NCBI RefSeq assembly: GCF_050175855.1
Contig: NZ_JBFXIO010000001.1
Coordinates: 3,471-67,470 of the forward strand
DNA length: 64,000 bases
Direction: 5' to 3'
DNA from: Piscinibacter sp.
Lineage (GTDB): Bacteria; Pseudomonadota; Gammaproteobacteria; Burkholderiales; Burkholderiaceae_C
A program made the translations under genes and the position numbers. Below the pieces are notes generated by a model. It had not been told where the DNA came from. It worked only from the letters and a program-made list of their open reading frames with translations, and ran no database searches. This document shows, in pieces, positions 1 through 9,608 of the stretch (its first letter is position 1; each line of letters begins with the position of its first letter).

Positions 1-653
1 GCAGCCTGGATGCGGCGGCGCACCGTGGCATGCGGCAGGCCCCCGAGCCACTGAAACTGGGGCAGGCGCGCTGCCAGCGCGGTGGCTTCGGCGCCGAGCG
101 CCGGGTCCAGCGCGTCGCCGATGTGATCCAGGCGGATGTCCGTCCGCACGGCGAGGCGCTCGGCAGCGCGCCAGTACGTCCGCGGGTCCTTCTCCTCGCG
201 AAGATGGCCGACCATCAGTGCGCGCAGATGGCGTGGCGTGCGGGTCATCGGCAGGCGTGCCGTGCAGGATTGCAGCACCACGTGGGCCTTGCCGCGCAGT
301 GCCTCGGGCAGTGGGTCGGCACCCCGCTCGTTCAGCACCACCAGGGCATCGGCCAGCGTCAGCGAATGCCGGGCCTGGGCATCGGTGTCGATGTCGCGGT
401 ACAGGTCGGTGCCGGTGAGCACCAATGTCAGCGGGCGGTCTGGGTGTGCTGCATGCCATGCTTCGACGGACGCGGCGGATCGCCGTGCGTGCAGCGCGAT
501 CATCATTGCCTCGTCCCCGTGGGCCCAGCGATCCGTGAGGCGGACACGGTAAGCTGGCTGCAAGAGGCGGGCCCAGCGTTGGGCCGTCTGCCAATTGCCG
601 TTGTTGGCCGCAGCCAGTGCCGGCGTCACGATGACCAGGGGTTCTCGATGCAC
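1..653 (-). CDS. senB: Selenosugar synthase SenB (TIGR04348-type glycosyltransferase), 3' end beyond window edge
   Basis: Manual translation of the minus strand from GTG at 653: VHREPLVIVTPALAAANNGNWQTAQRWARLLQPAYRV...LHARRS...LVLTGTDLYRDI...VGHLREEKDP. Open to the window edge. An in-frame TAG at 665-663 fixes the start. Absent from the ORF track. Confidence 0.9.
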   Translation of the reverse strand, partial: MHREPLVIVTPALAAANNGNWQTAQRWARLLQPAYRVRLTDRWAHGDEAMMIALHARRSAASVEAWHAAHPDRPLTLVLTGTDLYRDIDTDAQARHSLTLADALVVLNERGADPLPEALRGKAHVVLQSCTARLPMTRTPRHLRALMVGHLREEKDPRTYWRAAERLAVRTDIRLDHIGDALDPALGAEATALAARLPQFQWLGGLPHATVRRRIQA

Positions 654-1868
654 GATGCAAGCCTACCGCGGATGGCCCGGGCGGCCCGCCAGGGCTCGGC
701 CGCCGCCCTGGCCGAGGCGCTGAGGGCCAGCCGTGCCGACACGCTGGCGACGTTCACCGCCTACGAGCGGGCCCTGCCGGGCTGCTCGGTGCCACTGCGC
801 GCCGAACTCAACCCGCCGCTGTGGGAACTGGGGCACGTCGGCTGGTTCCAGGACTTCTGGATCGCACGCAATCCGCAGCGGGCGCTCGGTGAGCGCGCGG
901 ACCCCGACGTGCCCCGGCGCGCGGCATTTCGGGCCAATGCCGATGCGTTCTACAACTCCAGCCGCGTGCCTCACGACAGCCGCTGGCAGCTGCCGCTGCC
1001 CGGCGCCGACGCCACACGAGACGACATGGCGCGGCAGCTCGAGGAAACGCTGGCGCTGCTGCGCGAGGCGGGGGCCGGTGACCCGGATCTGTACTTCTTC
1101 CGTCTGGCGCTGCTGCACGAGGACATGCACCACGAGGCTGCGCTGTACATGGCCCGCAGCCTGGGCATAGCCTTCGAGGATCCGCGCTGGCAGGCCCGAC
1201 CCTTGCCCCCGCCGGGCGCGCCGCTGGCGTTCGCCGCATGCACTTGGCGGCTGGGCGGGCAGGCCGGCAACGGGTTCGCGTTCGACAACGAGTTGCCGGG
1301 CCGCACGGTCGCACTGGGACCGTTCGAGATCGACCGCCAGGCCGTGCGCTGGGCCGAATTCCTGCCCTTCGTGGAGGCCGGCGGCTATGACGATCCGCGC
1401 TGGTGGACCGAAGACGGCGCGCGGTGGCGCGCCGTGCAGCCGGTGGCCAGCCCCCGCTACACGCGTCGCAGTTCTTCCGGGTGGGCGCTCTGGCGCGATG
1501 GCCGCTGGGGCACGCTCGATCTGCAGCAGGCCGCCAGCCATCTCACGCTGCACGAGGCGCAGGCCTGGTGCCGCTGGGCAGGGCGGCGGCTGCCCAGCGA
1601 GGCCGAGTGGGAACGCGCCGCCTGCCAAGCACCGGAGGACCTCCGCTGGGGCGACGTCTGGGAATGGACCGCCAGCCCGTTCGCGCCCTTCGACGGATTC
1701 GAGCCGCATCCCTACCGCGACTACTCCGCGCCCTGGTTCGATGGGCGCCCGGTGCTGCGCGGCGCTTCGCATTGCACGCAGCCGCGTATGCGCCACCCGC
1801 GCTACCGCAACTTCTTTCCCGCCCACCGCAACGATGTGCCGGCGGGCTTCCGCACCTGCGCACCGTAA
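648..1868 (+). CDS. senA: Selenoneine synthase SenA (EgtB-like: DinB_2 + FGE-sulfatase domains)
   Basis: LNPPLWELGHVGWFQ, HEDMHHEA iron motif, GDVWEWT and RYRNFF...GFRTC. Adjacent to senB and egtD. Start is 648 or 672, not 30. Confidence 0.88.
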   Translation: MHDASLPRMARAARQGSAAALAEALRASRADTLATFTAYERALPGCSVPLRAELNPPLWELGHVGWFQDFWIARNPQRALGERADPDVPRRAAFRANADAFYNSSRVPHDSRWQLPLPGADATRDDMARQLEETLALLREAGAGDPDLYFFRLALLHEDMHHEAALYMARSLGIAFEDPRWQARPLPPPGAPLAFAACTWRLGGQAGNGFAFDNELPGRTVALGPFEIDRQAVRWAEFLPFVEAGGYDDPRWWTEDGARWRAVQPVASPRYTRRSSSGWALWRDGRWGTLDLQQAASHLTLHEAQAWCRWAGRRLPSEAEWERAACQAPEDLRWGDVWEWTASPFAPFDGFEPHPYRDYSAPWFDGRPVLRGASHCTQPRMRHPRYRNFFPAHRNDVPAGFRTCAP

Positions 1869-1869
1869 C

Positions 1870-2832
1870 TCAACCGCTGGCCAGGAACAGGCCGAACCAG
1901 TCGCGCGCATCGGTCCACAACTGCGGCGCGCCAAAGCCGGCCTCGCGCAGGAGATCGCCGAAGCCATCCTTCGTCCACTTGTAGGAGTTCTCGGTGTGGA
2001 TGCGCTCGCCGGCGGCAAAGCGCCGTTCGCCACCGGGCCATTCAACGACCTGGGCCTTGCGGGCCTCCAGATGCATCTCGATGCGCGACTCGACGCGGTT
2101 GAACAGCGCGACGTGCCGCCACTGGCGCACATCGAAGTTCGCGCCGAGGAGGGTGTTCAGGTGGCGCAGCAGGTTGAGGTTGAAGGCCGCCGTCACGCCC
2201 AGGGCGTCGTCGTAGGCCGCTTCGAGCACCGCGGTCGCCTTGACCAGGTCCACCCCGATCAGCAGCGCACCGCCCGCGGACAGGTCGCGCACCTGGCGCA
2301 GCAGCGCCAGCGCCCCTGATCGGTCGAAGTTGCCGATGCTCGAACCCGGGTAGAAGACCAGGGCCTGCGGTCCGACCAGGTCGGGCGGCATGGCCAGGCG
2401 GCTGGAGAAGTCCAGACCGACGCCGACCAGGTCCAGCGCCGGGTGTTCGCGCTGCAGGTGAGCCAGCGCCGCGGCCACGTAGTTCGCCGAGATGTCGACT
2501 GCGATGTAGCGTCGCGGCGCCAGCAGCGGAAACAGGCCCACACCCTTGGCACAGTTGCCGGCACCGAGGTCCACGATCACGGGGTGGTCGCCGGTGCAAC
2601 GGCGAACGGCCTGCGCGATCGCCGGGCCGCTTGCCGCCAGGATCGCCGCTTCCGTGCGCGTCGGGTAGTACTCGGTGAGCTCGGTGATGGCGTCGAACAG
2701 GCGCGAACCCTGTGCGTCGTAGAAGAACTTTGGCGACACGGCGGCCTGCGGTCGCAGCAGGCCCGAGGCGGCCTCGGCGGCCAGGTCGGTGCCGCTGGTG
2801 TCATGCAACTGCAGCAATCGGGGAGTCGGCAT
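1870..2832 (-). CDS. egtD: L-histidine N-alpha-methyltransferase EgtD
   Basis: PKFFYDAQGSRLFDAITELTEYYPTRTE, DLGAGNC, YPGSSIGNF, AAYDDALGVTAAFNLN and IHTENSYKW motifs. Confidence 0.93.
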   Translation of the reverse strand: MPTPRLLQLHDTSGTDLAAEAASGLLRPQAAVSPKFFYDAQGSRLFDAITELTEYYPTRTEAAILAASGPAIAQAVRRCTGDHPVIVDLGAGNCAKGVGLFPLLAPRRYIAVDISANYVAAALAHLQREHPALDLVGVGLDFSSRLAMPPDLVGPQALVFYPGSSIGNFDRSGALALLRQVRDLSAGGALLIGVDLVKATAVLEAAYDDALGVTAAFNLNLLRHLNTLLGANFDVRQWRHVALFNRVESRIEMHLEARKAQVVEWPGGERRFAAGERIHTENSYKWTKDGFGDLLREAGFGAPQLWTDARDWFGLFLASG

Positions 2833-2939
2833 CGTGCGCGCGCCAGCGGCGGGCCTTTGTCTCGGTCCTGCCACTCTACCGGGGCCGAGCCGCTAGAGTG
2901 CACAGCCATCCCGCCCCTTTTCCGTTGCGCAGGTGCCCC

Positions 2940-3803
2940 ATGATCAGCTTCTCGCCCTCCCGGACCCTCCGCTCGCTACTCACCTGTGCCGTGATGGCCT
3001 GGTGCGGCATCAGCCACGCGCAGCAGGTGCTCCGCGTCACGGCCATTCCGGACGAATCGCCGACCGAACTCGCGCGCAAGGCGGCGCCGCTGATGAAGTA
3101 CCTGGAGTCCAAACTGGGCGTCAAGGTCGAATACACGCCCGTCACCGACTACGCCGCGGCGGTGGAGACCCTGGTCAACCGCAAGGTCGACCTCGCCTGG
3201 TTCGGCGGCTTCACCTTCGTCCAGGCCCACGTGCGTTCGGGCGGCAAGGTGATCCCGCTGGTGCAGCGCGAAGAGGACACGCGCTTCCGCTCGGTGTTCA
3301 TCACCACCGACCCCGGCATCCGGACGCTGGCAGACCTGAAGGGCAAGGACGTGAGCTTCGGCTCGGCCAGCAGCACCTCGGGCCACCTGATGCCGCGCAG
3401 CTTCCTGCTGCAGGCCGGGCTCGACCCCGACAAGGACTTCAAGCGCGTGGCCTTCAGCGGAGCGCATGACGCCACCATCGCCGCCGTGGCCGCCGGCAAG
3501 GTGCAGGCCGGTGCGCTCAACGTGTCGGTGTGGGAGAAGTTCGTGGCCGATGGCAAGGTCGACACGACCAAGGTGCGCGTGTTCTTCACCACGCCCACCT
3601 ACTACGACTACAACTGGACGGTGCATGCCGACATGCCCGCTGCACTGCGCGAGAAGTTGACGCAGGCGTTGCTGGCCCTGTCGCGCGACACAGCCGAGGG
3701 CAAGGAGATCCTGGAACTCCAGCGCGCCACCCGATTCGTGCCGGCGCAAGCCGACCAGTACAAGGGCATCGAGGCCGCGGCGCGCAGCGCCGGTCTGCTC
3801 TGA
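2940..3803 (+). CDS. PhnD-like ABC substrate-binding protein (putative selenate ABC transporter family)
   Basis: Signal peptide; VTAIPDESPTEL, SFGSASSTSGHLMPR, FSGAHDAT, YYDYNW; next to sen genes. Confidence 0.85.
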   Translation: MISFSPSRTLRSLLTCAVMAWCGISHAQQVLRVTAIPDESPTELARKAAPLMKYLESKLGVKVEYTPVTDYAAAVETLVNRKVDLAWFGGFTFVQAHVRSGGKVIPLVQREEDTRFRSVFITTDPGIRTLADLKGKDVSFGSASSTSGHLMPRSFLLQAGLDPDKDFKRVAFSGAHDATIAAVAAGKVQAGALNVSVWEKFVADGKVDTTKVRVFFTTPTYYDYNWTVHADMPAALREKLTQALLALSRDTAEGKEILELQRATRFVPAQADQYKGIEAAARSAGLL

Positions 3804-3813
3804 CCGCTGCGTC

Positions 3814-4644
3814 GTGAAGCTGGAACTCGCCGGGCTTGCCGCCCGACATGCCACCGCGCGACGGAACGCGCCGGACGCGCTGCTGAACCTGGGTTTCCGT
3901 GTCGAGTCAGGCGAGGCGGTGGCGGTGATCGGTCCCTCCGGCGCCGGCAAGACGACCCTGCTCGAGGTGCTGGCCTGCGCCCGCCCGCCGTCGCGGGGCG
4001 TGCTGAAGATCGATGGCGCGGATCCCAGGCGCCTGCACCGGCGCCTGCTGCGTGCCTTGCGGGGCCGGCTCATCCTGGTGCCCCAGGTGCCACCACTGCC
4101 ACCACGCCAGCGCGTGGTCACCGCTGTGCTGGCCGGTCGGCTGCCATCGTGGAACCTGTGGACCAGCCTGCGCTCGCTGTTCTATCCGGTGGACATCGGC
4201 GCGGCCGACGAGGCGCTGGAGGTGTTCGAACTCGCCGACAAGTTGTTCGACCGCGTCGACCGGCTCTCCGGCGGCGAACGCCAGCGTGTCGGCCTGGCGC
4301 GCGCGCTGGTGTCGCCAGCCCGCCTGTGGCTGGTCGACGAGCCGCTCTCGGCGCTGGACCCGGCGCGGGCGCAGCGCGCCGCTGCATCACTGGTGCGCGA
4401 GGCCGGCGCACGCGGGGTCACGCTCGTGGCGTCCCTGCACCAGGTGGATGCTGCGCTGGCGCACTTTCCGCGCATCCTCGGCCTGCGCGAAGGGCAGCTG
4501 CTGTTCGACCTGCCTGCGGCCCAGGTCACACCGGAGCTGCTGGCCGCCCTGTACGCGCAGCACGAGGACGAACTGTGCGGCGAAGCGCCGCCTGTCGACG
4601 AGCCTCCCGCACCGGCGCCGCCGGTCGTGATGCAGTGCCGATGA
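3814..4644 (+). CDS. PhnC-like ABC ATP-binding protein
   Basis: Walker A GPSGAGKT, signature LSGGERQR, Walker B WLVDEP. Confidence 0.9.
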   Translation: MKLELAGLAARHATARRNAPDALLNLGFRVESGEAVAVIGPSGAGKTTLLEVLACARPPSRGVLKIDGADPRRLHRRLLRALRGRLILVPQVPPLPPRQRVVTAVLAGRLPSWNLWTSLRSLFYPVDIGAADEALEVFELADKLFDRVDRLSGGERQRVGLARALVSPARLWLVDEPLSALDPARAQRAAASLVREAGARGVTLVASLHQVDAALAHFPRILGLREGQLLFDLPAAQVTPELLAALYAQHEDELCGEAPPVDEPPAPAPPVVMQCR

Positions 4645-5483
4645 GTACCGCGTTCGTCGCGCAACGCCAGGCGGCACAGCGCGACCCGGCCTGGCCGGGA
4701 CGCTTGGGCTGGCTGCTGGCCGCAGTGGTGCTGCTGTGGCCGCTGCTCGTGACCACCGAGTTCAAACCCTGGGTGCTGCTGGACCCGCAGGCACTGCGCG
4801 TCACCGGTCACTTCATCTCCAGCTTCGTACCGCCGGCGCATTCGCTCGAGTTCCTGTCGCTGGTGGCGCGCGAGACCTGGCGCACGGTGGCCATCGCCAC
4901 CGCGGGCATTACGCTGGGCCTGCTGCTGGCCGTGCCGCTCACGCTGGTGGCCACGCGGGCGTTGTCGATGTCGGCGCTGACCGGTCGCATGGCCCCGCTG
5001 CCCCTGGCGCTGCGGCAGGCCGTGCGCATGCTGCTCATTGGGCTGCGCAGCGTGCCGGAGTTGGTCTGGGCACTGGTCTTCGTGCGGGTGGTCGGCCTGG
5101 GCCCGGCTGCCGGGGTGCTGGCCATCGCGCTCACCTACGGCGGCATGCTGGGCAAGGTGTACGCGGAGATCCTGGAAAGCGGTGACGCGCAGGTCACGCA
5201 GACGCTGCTGCGCAACGGCGCCTCACGCCTGCAGGCCTTTGCCTACGGGCTGCTGCCGCAGAACGCGGCCGAGCTGACCAGCTACACCGTGTACCGCTGG
5301 GAATGCGCGATCCGCAGTTCGGTGGTGCTCGGCTTCGTGGGTGCGGGCGGGCTCGGGCAGTTGATGGACGGCTCGTTGAAGATGTTCGCCGGCGGCGAGG
5401 TGCTGGCCATGCTCATCGTGTTCGTGGCGCTGGTGGCGCTGGCCGACCGGCTGAGTGCGGTGCTGCGCCGCGCGCTGGGCTGA
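4641..5483 (+). CDS. PhnE-like ABC permease
   Basis: RSVPELVWAL, GLGP and YRWECAIRSSVVLGFVGAGGLG; ATGA overlap with the ATPase gene. Confidence 0.9.
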   Translation: MSTAFVAQRQAAQRDPAWPGRLGWLLAAVVLLWPLLVTTEFKPWVLLDPQALRVTGHFISSFVPPAHSLEFLSLVARETWRTVAIATAGITLGLLLAVPLTLVATRALSMSALTGRMAPLPLALRQAVRMLLIGLRSVPELVWALVFVRVVGLGPAAGVLAIALTYGGMLGKVYAEILESGDAQVTQTLLRNGASRLQAFAYGLLPQNAAELTSYTVYRWECAIRSSVVLGFVGAGGLGQLMDGSLKMFAGGEVLAMLIVFVALVALADRLSAVLRRALG

Positions 5484-5502
5484 GCGTTCGAGAGGCCATC
5501 CG

Positions 5503-6327
5503 ATGCGCCCGCCCGCCGCCAACCGCCCCTACCGGCTGCCGCCGCCGCTCTTCGATGCACGCTGCCGCGCCTGCCGGCTGACAGCAGGCGTGCTGTTGCT
5601 CGTGGTGGCGAGCTTCGCTTCGCTCGACATGCATTGGGGCGATTTCCTGTCGGTGGCCGCGCTGGCCAGCATGGGGCGCTTCCTGGGCGAATTCGCCCCG
5701 CCCGAACTCAGCGCAGGCTTCGTGCGCAGCGTGGTCGACGCCGCCTGGGAAACACTGGCCATGTCGGCGCTGGGCACGCTGCTGGCCGCTGCGGCCGGCG
5801 TGCTGCTGGCGCTGCCTGCCAGCCGGCTGCACGACCAGGACCGGGCGCCCGGCCGCGCGCCGGCCCGCCTGCTGCTCAACGCGCTGCGTGCCGTGCCCGA
5901 GCTGGTGTGGGCGGCGCTGCTGCTGATCGCGGCCGGCCTGGGCCCCTTCGCCGGGACGCTGGCGCTGGCGGTGCACACCACCGGCGTGCTGGGCCGGCTG
6001 TTCGCCGAGGCCATCGAGAACGCCGCGCCGGGCCCGGCCGCCGCGCTGCGGACGCAAGGCTGCGGCACGGCACGCGTGTTCCTCTACGCCACCTTGCCCC
6101 AGGTGCTGCCGCAGCTGATGAGCTACTCGCTCTATCGCTGGGAGAACAACATCCGCGCAGCCGCCGTGCTGGGCGTCGTGGGCGCGGGCGGCCTGGGCCA
6201 GATGCTGTCGTTCCACATGGGCTTGTTCCAGATGCACAAGACCGCCACCGTGCTGCTGGCCATGCTGCTGCTGGTGGCCCTGGTGGATGGCGCCAGCTTC
6301 GCGTGGCGCCGCTGGCTCACCCGCTAG
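5503..6327 (+). CDS. PhnE-like ABC permease (second subunit)
   Basis: LRAVPELVWA, GLGPFAG and YRWENNIRAAAVLGVVGAGGLG. Confidence 0.9.
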   Translation: MRPPAANRPYRLPPPLFDARCRACRLTAGVLLLVVASFASLDMHWGDFLSVAALASMGRFLGEFAPPELSAGFVRSVVDAAWETLAMSALGTLLAAAAGVLLALPASRLHDQDRAPGRAPARLLLNALRAVPELVWAALLLIAAGLGPFAGTLALAVHTTGVLGRLFAEAIENAAPGPAAALRTQGCGTARVFLYATLPQVLPQLMSYSLYRWENNIRAAAVLGVVGAGGLGQMLSFHMGLFQMHKTATVLLAMLLLVALVDGASFAWRRWLTR

Positions 6328-6367
6328 GGCACATACTGTGGCCGGTCCATTTGATGGGAGCGCCAGC

Positions 6368-7741
6368 ATGGATGCCGAGTCTTTCGATGCCATCGTCGTT
6401 GGCGCCGGTCAGGCGGGCCCGGCTATCGCGGCACGCTGCAGCCGCGAGGGCCTGAAGACCGCCGTGATCGAACGCCACCACTTCGGCGGCACCTGCGTCA
6501 ACGTGGGCTGCGTGCCGACGAAGACGCTGGTGGCCAGCGCGCGCGCCGTCCGGCTTGCGCAGCGCGGCGCCGACTTCGGCTTCGACATCACCGGCCTGCG
6601 CGTCGACATGGCCCGCGTGATGGCCCGCAAGGACGCGATCGTCGCGAAGTCGCGGGACGGCGTGGAGACCTGGATGCGCGGGCTGAAGGGCACGGACGTC
6701 ATCGTCGGCGATGCCCGGTTCGTCGGCCCGGCCACGCTCGAGGCAGCAGGGCGCCGATTGACCGCGCCGCGCATCTTCCTCAACGTCGGCGGACGCGCGG
6801 TACGGCCCGCGTTGCCCGGCATCGAGACGGTGCCGACCCTGGACAACGTGTCGGTGATGCAGCTGGACTCCGTGCCGGAGCATCTCGTCGTTGTGGGCGG
6901 CAGCTACATCGGTCTGGAGTTTGCGCACCTGATGCGCCGCCTGGGTGCCGCCGTCACGGTGGTGGAGCGCTCCGCGCGCCTGCTTCCGCGGGAGGACCCC
7001 GACGTGTCCGACGGCATCCGTTCGATCCTGGAGGCCGAAGGCGTGCGCTTCGAACTGGGCGCTGAGTGCCTGTCGCTCGCCCGGGCGGGCGAGGGCATCG
7101 TCGTCGGCGCAGCCTGCGGTGGCGGTGACGGCATTCTCGGAAGCCACGTGCTGCTGGCCGTCGGCCGCCAGCCCAACACCGACGGGCTGGGCCTGGAACT
7201 GGCCGGCATCCGCACCGATGCGCGCGGGTACATCGAGGTCGACGACCAGTGTCGCACCAGCGCCGAAGGCGTCTGGGCCGTGGGCGACTGCAACGGACGC
7301 GGCGCATTCACGCACACCTCGTGGAACGACCACGAGATCGTGGTCGCGAACCTGTTCGATGGCGATCCACGCCGCATCGGCGACCGCATCCCCTGCTATG
7401 CACTCTTCATCGATCCGGCTCTGGGGCGCGTCGGCATGACCGAGACCGAAGCGCTGGCCAGTGGCAAGCGTGTGCTGCGCGCCAAGATGCCGATGCAGCG
7501 CGTGGGCCGAGCGCGCGAGGCGGGTGAAACCTCGGGCTTCATGAAGGTGCTGGTCGATGCCGACACGCAGCGCATCCTGGGCGCGGCCATCCTCGGGATG
7601 AACGGGGACGAGGTGGTGCACGGGCTGCTGGACATCATGGCGGCCGACCAGCCGTACACCGTGATCTCGCGGGCCGTGCACATCCACCCGACCGTGAGCG
7701 AACTGGTGCCGACCTTGCTGCAGCAATTGAAGCCGGTCTGA
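6368..7741 (+). CDS. Flavin disulfide oxidoreductase (MerA/RclA-like, no C-terminal Cys pair)
   Basis: GAGQAG FAD motif, [11 protein letters not shown] redox disulfide, GGSYIGLE, HIHPT. Confidence 0.88.
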   Translation: MDAESFDAIVVGAGQAGPAIAARCSREGLKTAVIERHHFGGTCVNVGCVPTKTLVASARAVRLAQRGADFGFDITGLRVDMARVMARKDAIVAKSRDGVETWMRGLKGTDVIVGDARFVGPATLEAAGRRLTAPRIFLNVGGRAVRPALPGIETVPTLDNVSVMQLDSVPEHLVVVGGSYIGLEFAHLMRRLGAAVTVVERSARLLPREDPDVSDGIRSILEAEGVRFELGAECLSLARAGEGIVVGAACGGGDGILGSHVLLAVGRQPNTDGLGLELAGIRTDARGYIEVDDQCRTSAEGVWAVGDCNGRGAFTHTSWNDHEIVVANLFDGDPRRIGDRIPCYALFIDPALGRVGMTETEALASGKRVLRAKMPMQRVGRAREAGETSGFMKVLVDADTQRILGAAILGMNGDEVVHGLLDIMAADQPYTVISRAVHIHPTVSELVPTLLQQLKPV

Positions 7742-7922
7742 TCTGAATTCACCCCGGCGAAGCGGGATTCAAGATCGCAAGCGAAACCTGCATGGTTCGC
7801 CGCGGCAGATGCAGCGGAAGAGCCTTGGCTTGAGCGCTTCGGATGGGAACTCCAAGTCCCCGAAGCGGACGCGCCGTTGATGCCGGCAGTGTGTTCACCC
7901 CCGGCGTCTTGGCGCAGGTTTC

Positions 7923-8495
7923 CTACTTGGCTCCCGCCTGCCCTACCTGAGCAGCTTGCAGGATGCTCAGCAACGGCGCGTATCCGGCCTCCTGCAAGGC
8001 CTGTCCGCGCGCCACGTACAGATCCGCCGACCCCTTGACACCGTGACCTTCGAGCAACCGGTTCATGAAGTTGAAGAGGCAGACCGTGAGGACGGCGTCA
8101 TGCAGGTCGCGCTCCGTCCAACCCGCAGCGACGATGGCGTCCACATGGCGCTGCGTGGCCTTGGCCGGGGCGAGGGTCAGCACCTTGGCGTAGGCCAGGA
8201 TCGGCTTGAGTTTCGGGTCGACCGGTGCGCTGTCGATGTCGTCCAGCAGCGCGACGATGAGCGATTCCCCCACCCCATAGGCCTTGGCCGTTTCCGTGTG
8301 CACGCCGAAGCAGTATTGGCAGGCATTGAGGCCGGAGACGTAGGCCGCGATCAATTCCTTTTCCTTCGCCGTGAGCTGCGTGTCGGCGCGCAACACGGCG
8401 GTGTGGAACTCGATCAGCGCGCGGCCGGCGGCAGGGTTGAGCGTGAGGATGTGCCGCACGCCTGCATCGTCGGGCAAAGAAGAGATGAACGGCAT
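7923..8495 (-). CDS. AhpD/carboxymuconolactone-decarboxylase family peroxidase-related enzyme
   Basis: ELIAAYVSGLNACQYCFGVH (CxxC...H) and FNFMNRL. Confidence 0.85.
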   Translation of the reverse strand: MPFISSLPDDAGVRHILTLNPAAGRALIEFHTAVLRADTQLTAKEKELIAAYVSGLNACQYCFGVHTETAKAYGVGESLIVALLDDIDSAPVDPKLKPILAYAKVLTLAPAKATQRHVDAIVAAGWTERDLHDAVLTVCLFNFMNRLLEGHGVKGSADLYVARGQALQEAGYAPLLSILQAAQVGQAGAK

Positions 8496-8555
8496 GAGTC
8501 CTCCATGTGACGCGAACACGCGACCCCACGAGGTCGCCCTGATGGGATGAGCCGA

Positions 8556-8864
8556 TCAGCCGCCCCCGCGTTGCGTGGCGAGGTCGAATCGGCGTTGCAC
8601 CTCGTGCCGACGTTCTGCCGACAGGCCCGCGTACTGAAAGCGCACCTGCAGGCGCGGAATCTCGAGCAAGGCGATGCGGCGTGCGGCCAGCGGCTGCCAG
8701 ACCAACCGGAGCATGCCGTCAGGGAACACACCACGGACCTCATTTGAAGCGGAGTCCGTCTCGATGTCCGCACCGGGCAGCGCGGCGGGCAGCGCTCGCA
8801 GCAGATCCGCCACGGTGCATCCCATGGTCTGCTCGAATTCCTCGGGGACGAATTCCGGCGTCAT
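8556..8864 (-). CDS. Hypothetical protein ending in RGGG
   Basis: 102-aa ORF with RBS-like spacing between the two AhpD genes; MGCT near the N-terminus, FDLATQRGGG at the C-terminus. Confidence 0.7.
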   Translation of the reverse strand: MTPEFVPEEFEQTMGCTVADLLRALPAALPGADIETDSASNEVRGVFPDGMLRLVWQPLAARRIALLEIPRLQVRFQYAGLSAERRHEVQRRFDLATQRGGG

Positions 8865-8900
8865 CTCAGGATGGTCGTGGCGGTCTGTGCCGCGGAGTGG

Positions 8901-9470
8901 TCAATCGACCTTGTAGGCCGAGAACACGGCATCCACCGGTGTGGCGAAGGCGTGGTTGCTGTAGTTGCTGAGCGTCTTCACGGCGATGGCCAGGACGATG
9001 TAGAGCACGTCCTTCTCCTGGAAGCCGGCGCCGAGGAACGCCTGCACAGTATCGGCGGCGGGACGCCCCTGGGTCTTGACCATCTCGGCCGTCAGTGCGT
9101 ACAGGGCCGCGAGCCTGGCGTCGGGAATCGGCTGGCCGGCACGAACGGCCTGCAGCACAGGCCCCGGTACACCTGACTTCTTGTCGGCGATCATGCTGTG
9201 CGCGGCCGTGCAATAGGTGCAGCCATTGACCTGGCTGACGGCCAGGAACACCACCTCCTGCTCGGCGGGCTTCAGTCCCGACTCCGAACGGAACAGCGCG
9301 TAGCCGTGCAGGTAGGTGCTCAGCACGGCCGGCGCGTTGACCATGTTGGCGTACATGTTCGGCAGGAACCCCACCGCCTTGACGGCCTGGTCGAGGATGG
9401 CCTTCTGGGCATCGTTGGCGGTGGCGGGGTCGACGGCGTGCAGGGTGTGCAGGATGGGTTTGGCAGACAT
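8901..9470 (-). CDS. AhpD/CMD family protein
   Basis: GFLPNMY and EQEVVFLAVSQVNGCTYCTAAHS; AGGAAC RBS. Confidence 0.85.
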   Translation of the reverse strand: MSAKPILHTLHAVDPATANDAQKAILDQAVKAVGFLPNMYANMVNAPAVLSTYLHGYALFRSESGLKPAEQEVVFLAVSQVNGCTYCTAAHSMIADKKSGVPGPVLQAVRAGQPIPDARLAALYALTAEMVKTQGRPAADTVQAFLGAGFQEKDVLYIVLAIAVKTLSNYSNHAFATPVDAVFSAYKVD

Positions 9471-9608
9471 GGCGGTTCCTTTGGGCGTGGGTGAGCTGAG
9501 AAAGCCGTTCATCCTAGGAATGGCCGGGGTCGACGTGGATACTGTCCGTCGCGGACTGATGACCCGGCGTCTCGCCGGGCCCGTCGGGCGGTTGACTCGT
9601 CGATTCGG

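Noticed and set aside
30-647. N-terminal 206 aa of the 612-aa ORF as a SenA extension
   Set aside because: It is the antisense shadow of senB; the plus-strand translation has no protein-like motifs
2940-6327. Calling the ABC system a phosphonate transporter (phnCDE)
   Set aside because: No C-P lyase or phosphonate catabolism genes are in the window, so the symbols were withheld
6368-7741. Second mercuric reductase (also 41413-43569)
   Set aside because: Both lack NmerA and the C-terminal vicinal Cys pair needed for Hg reduction
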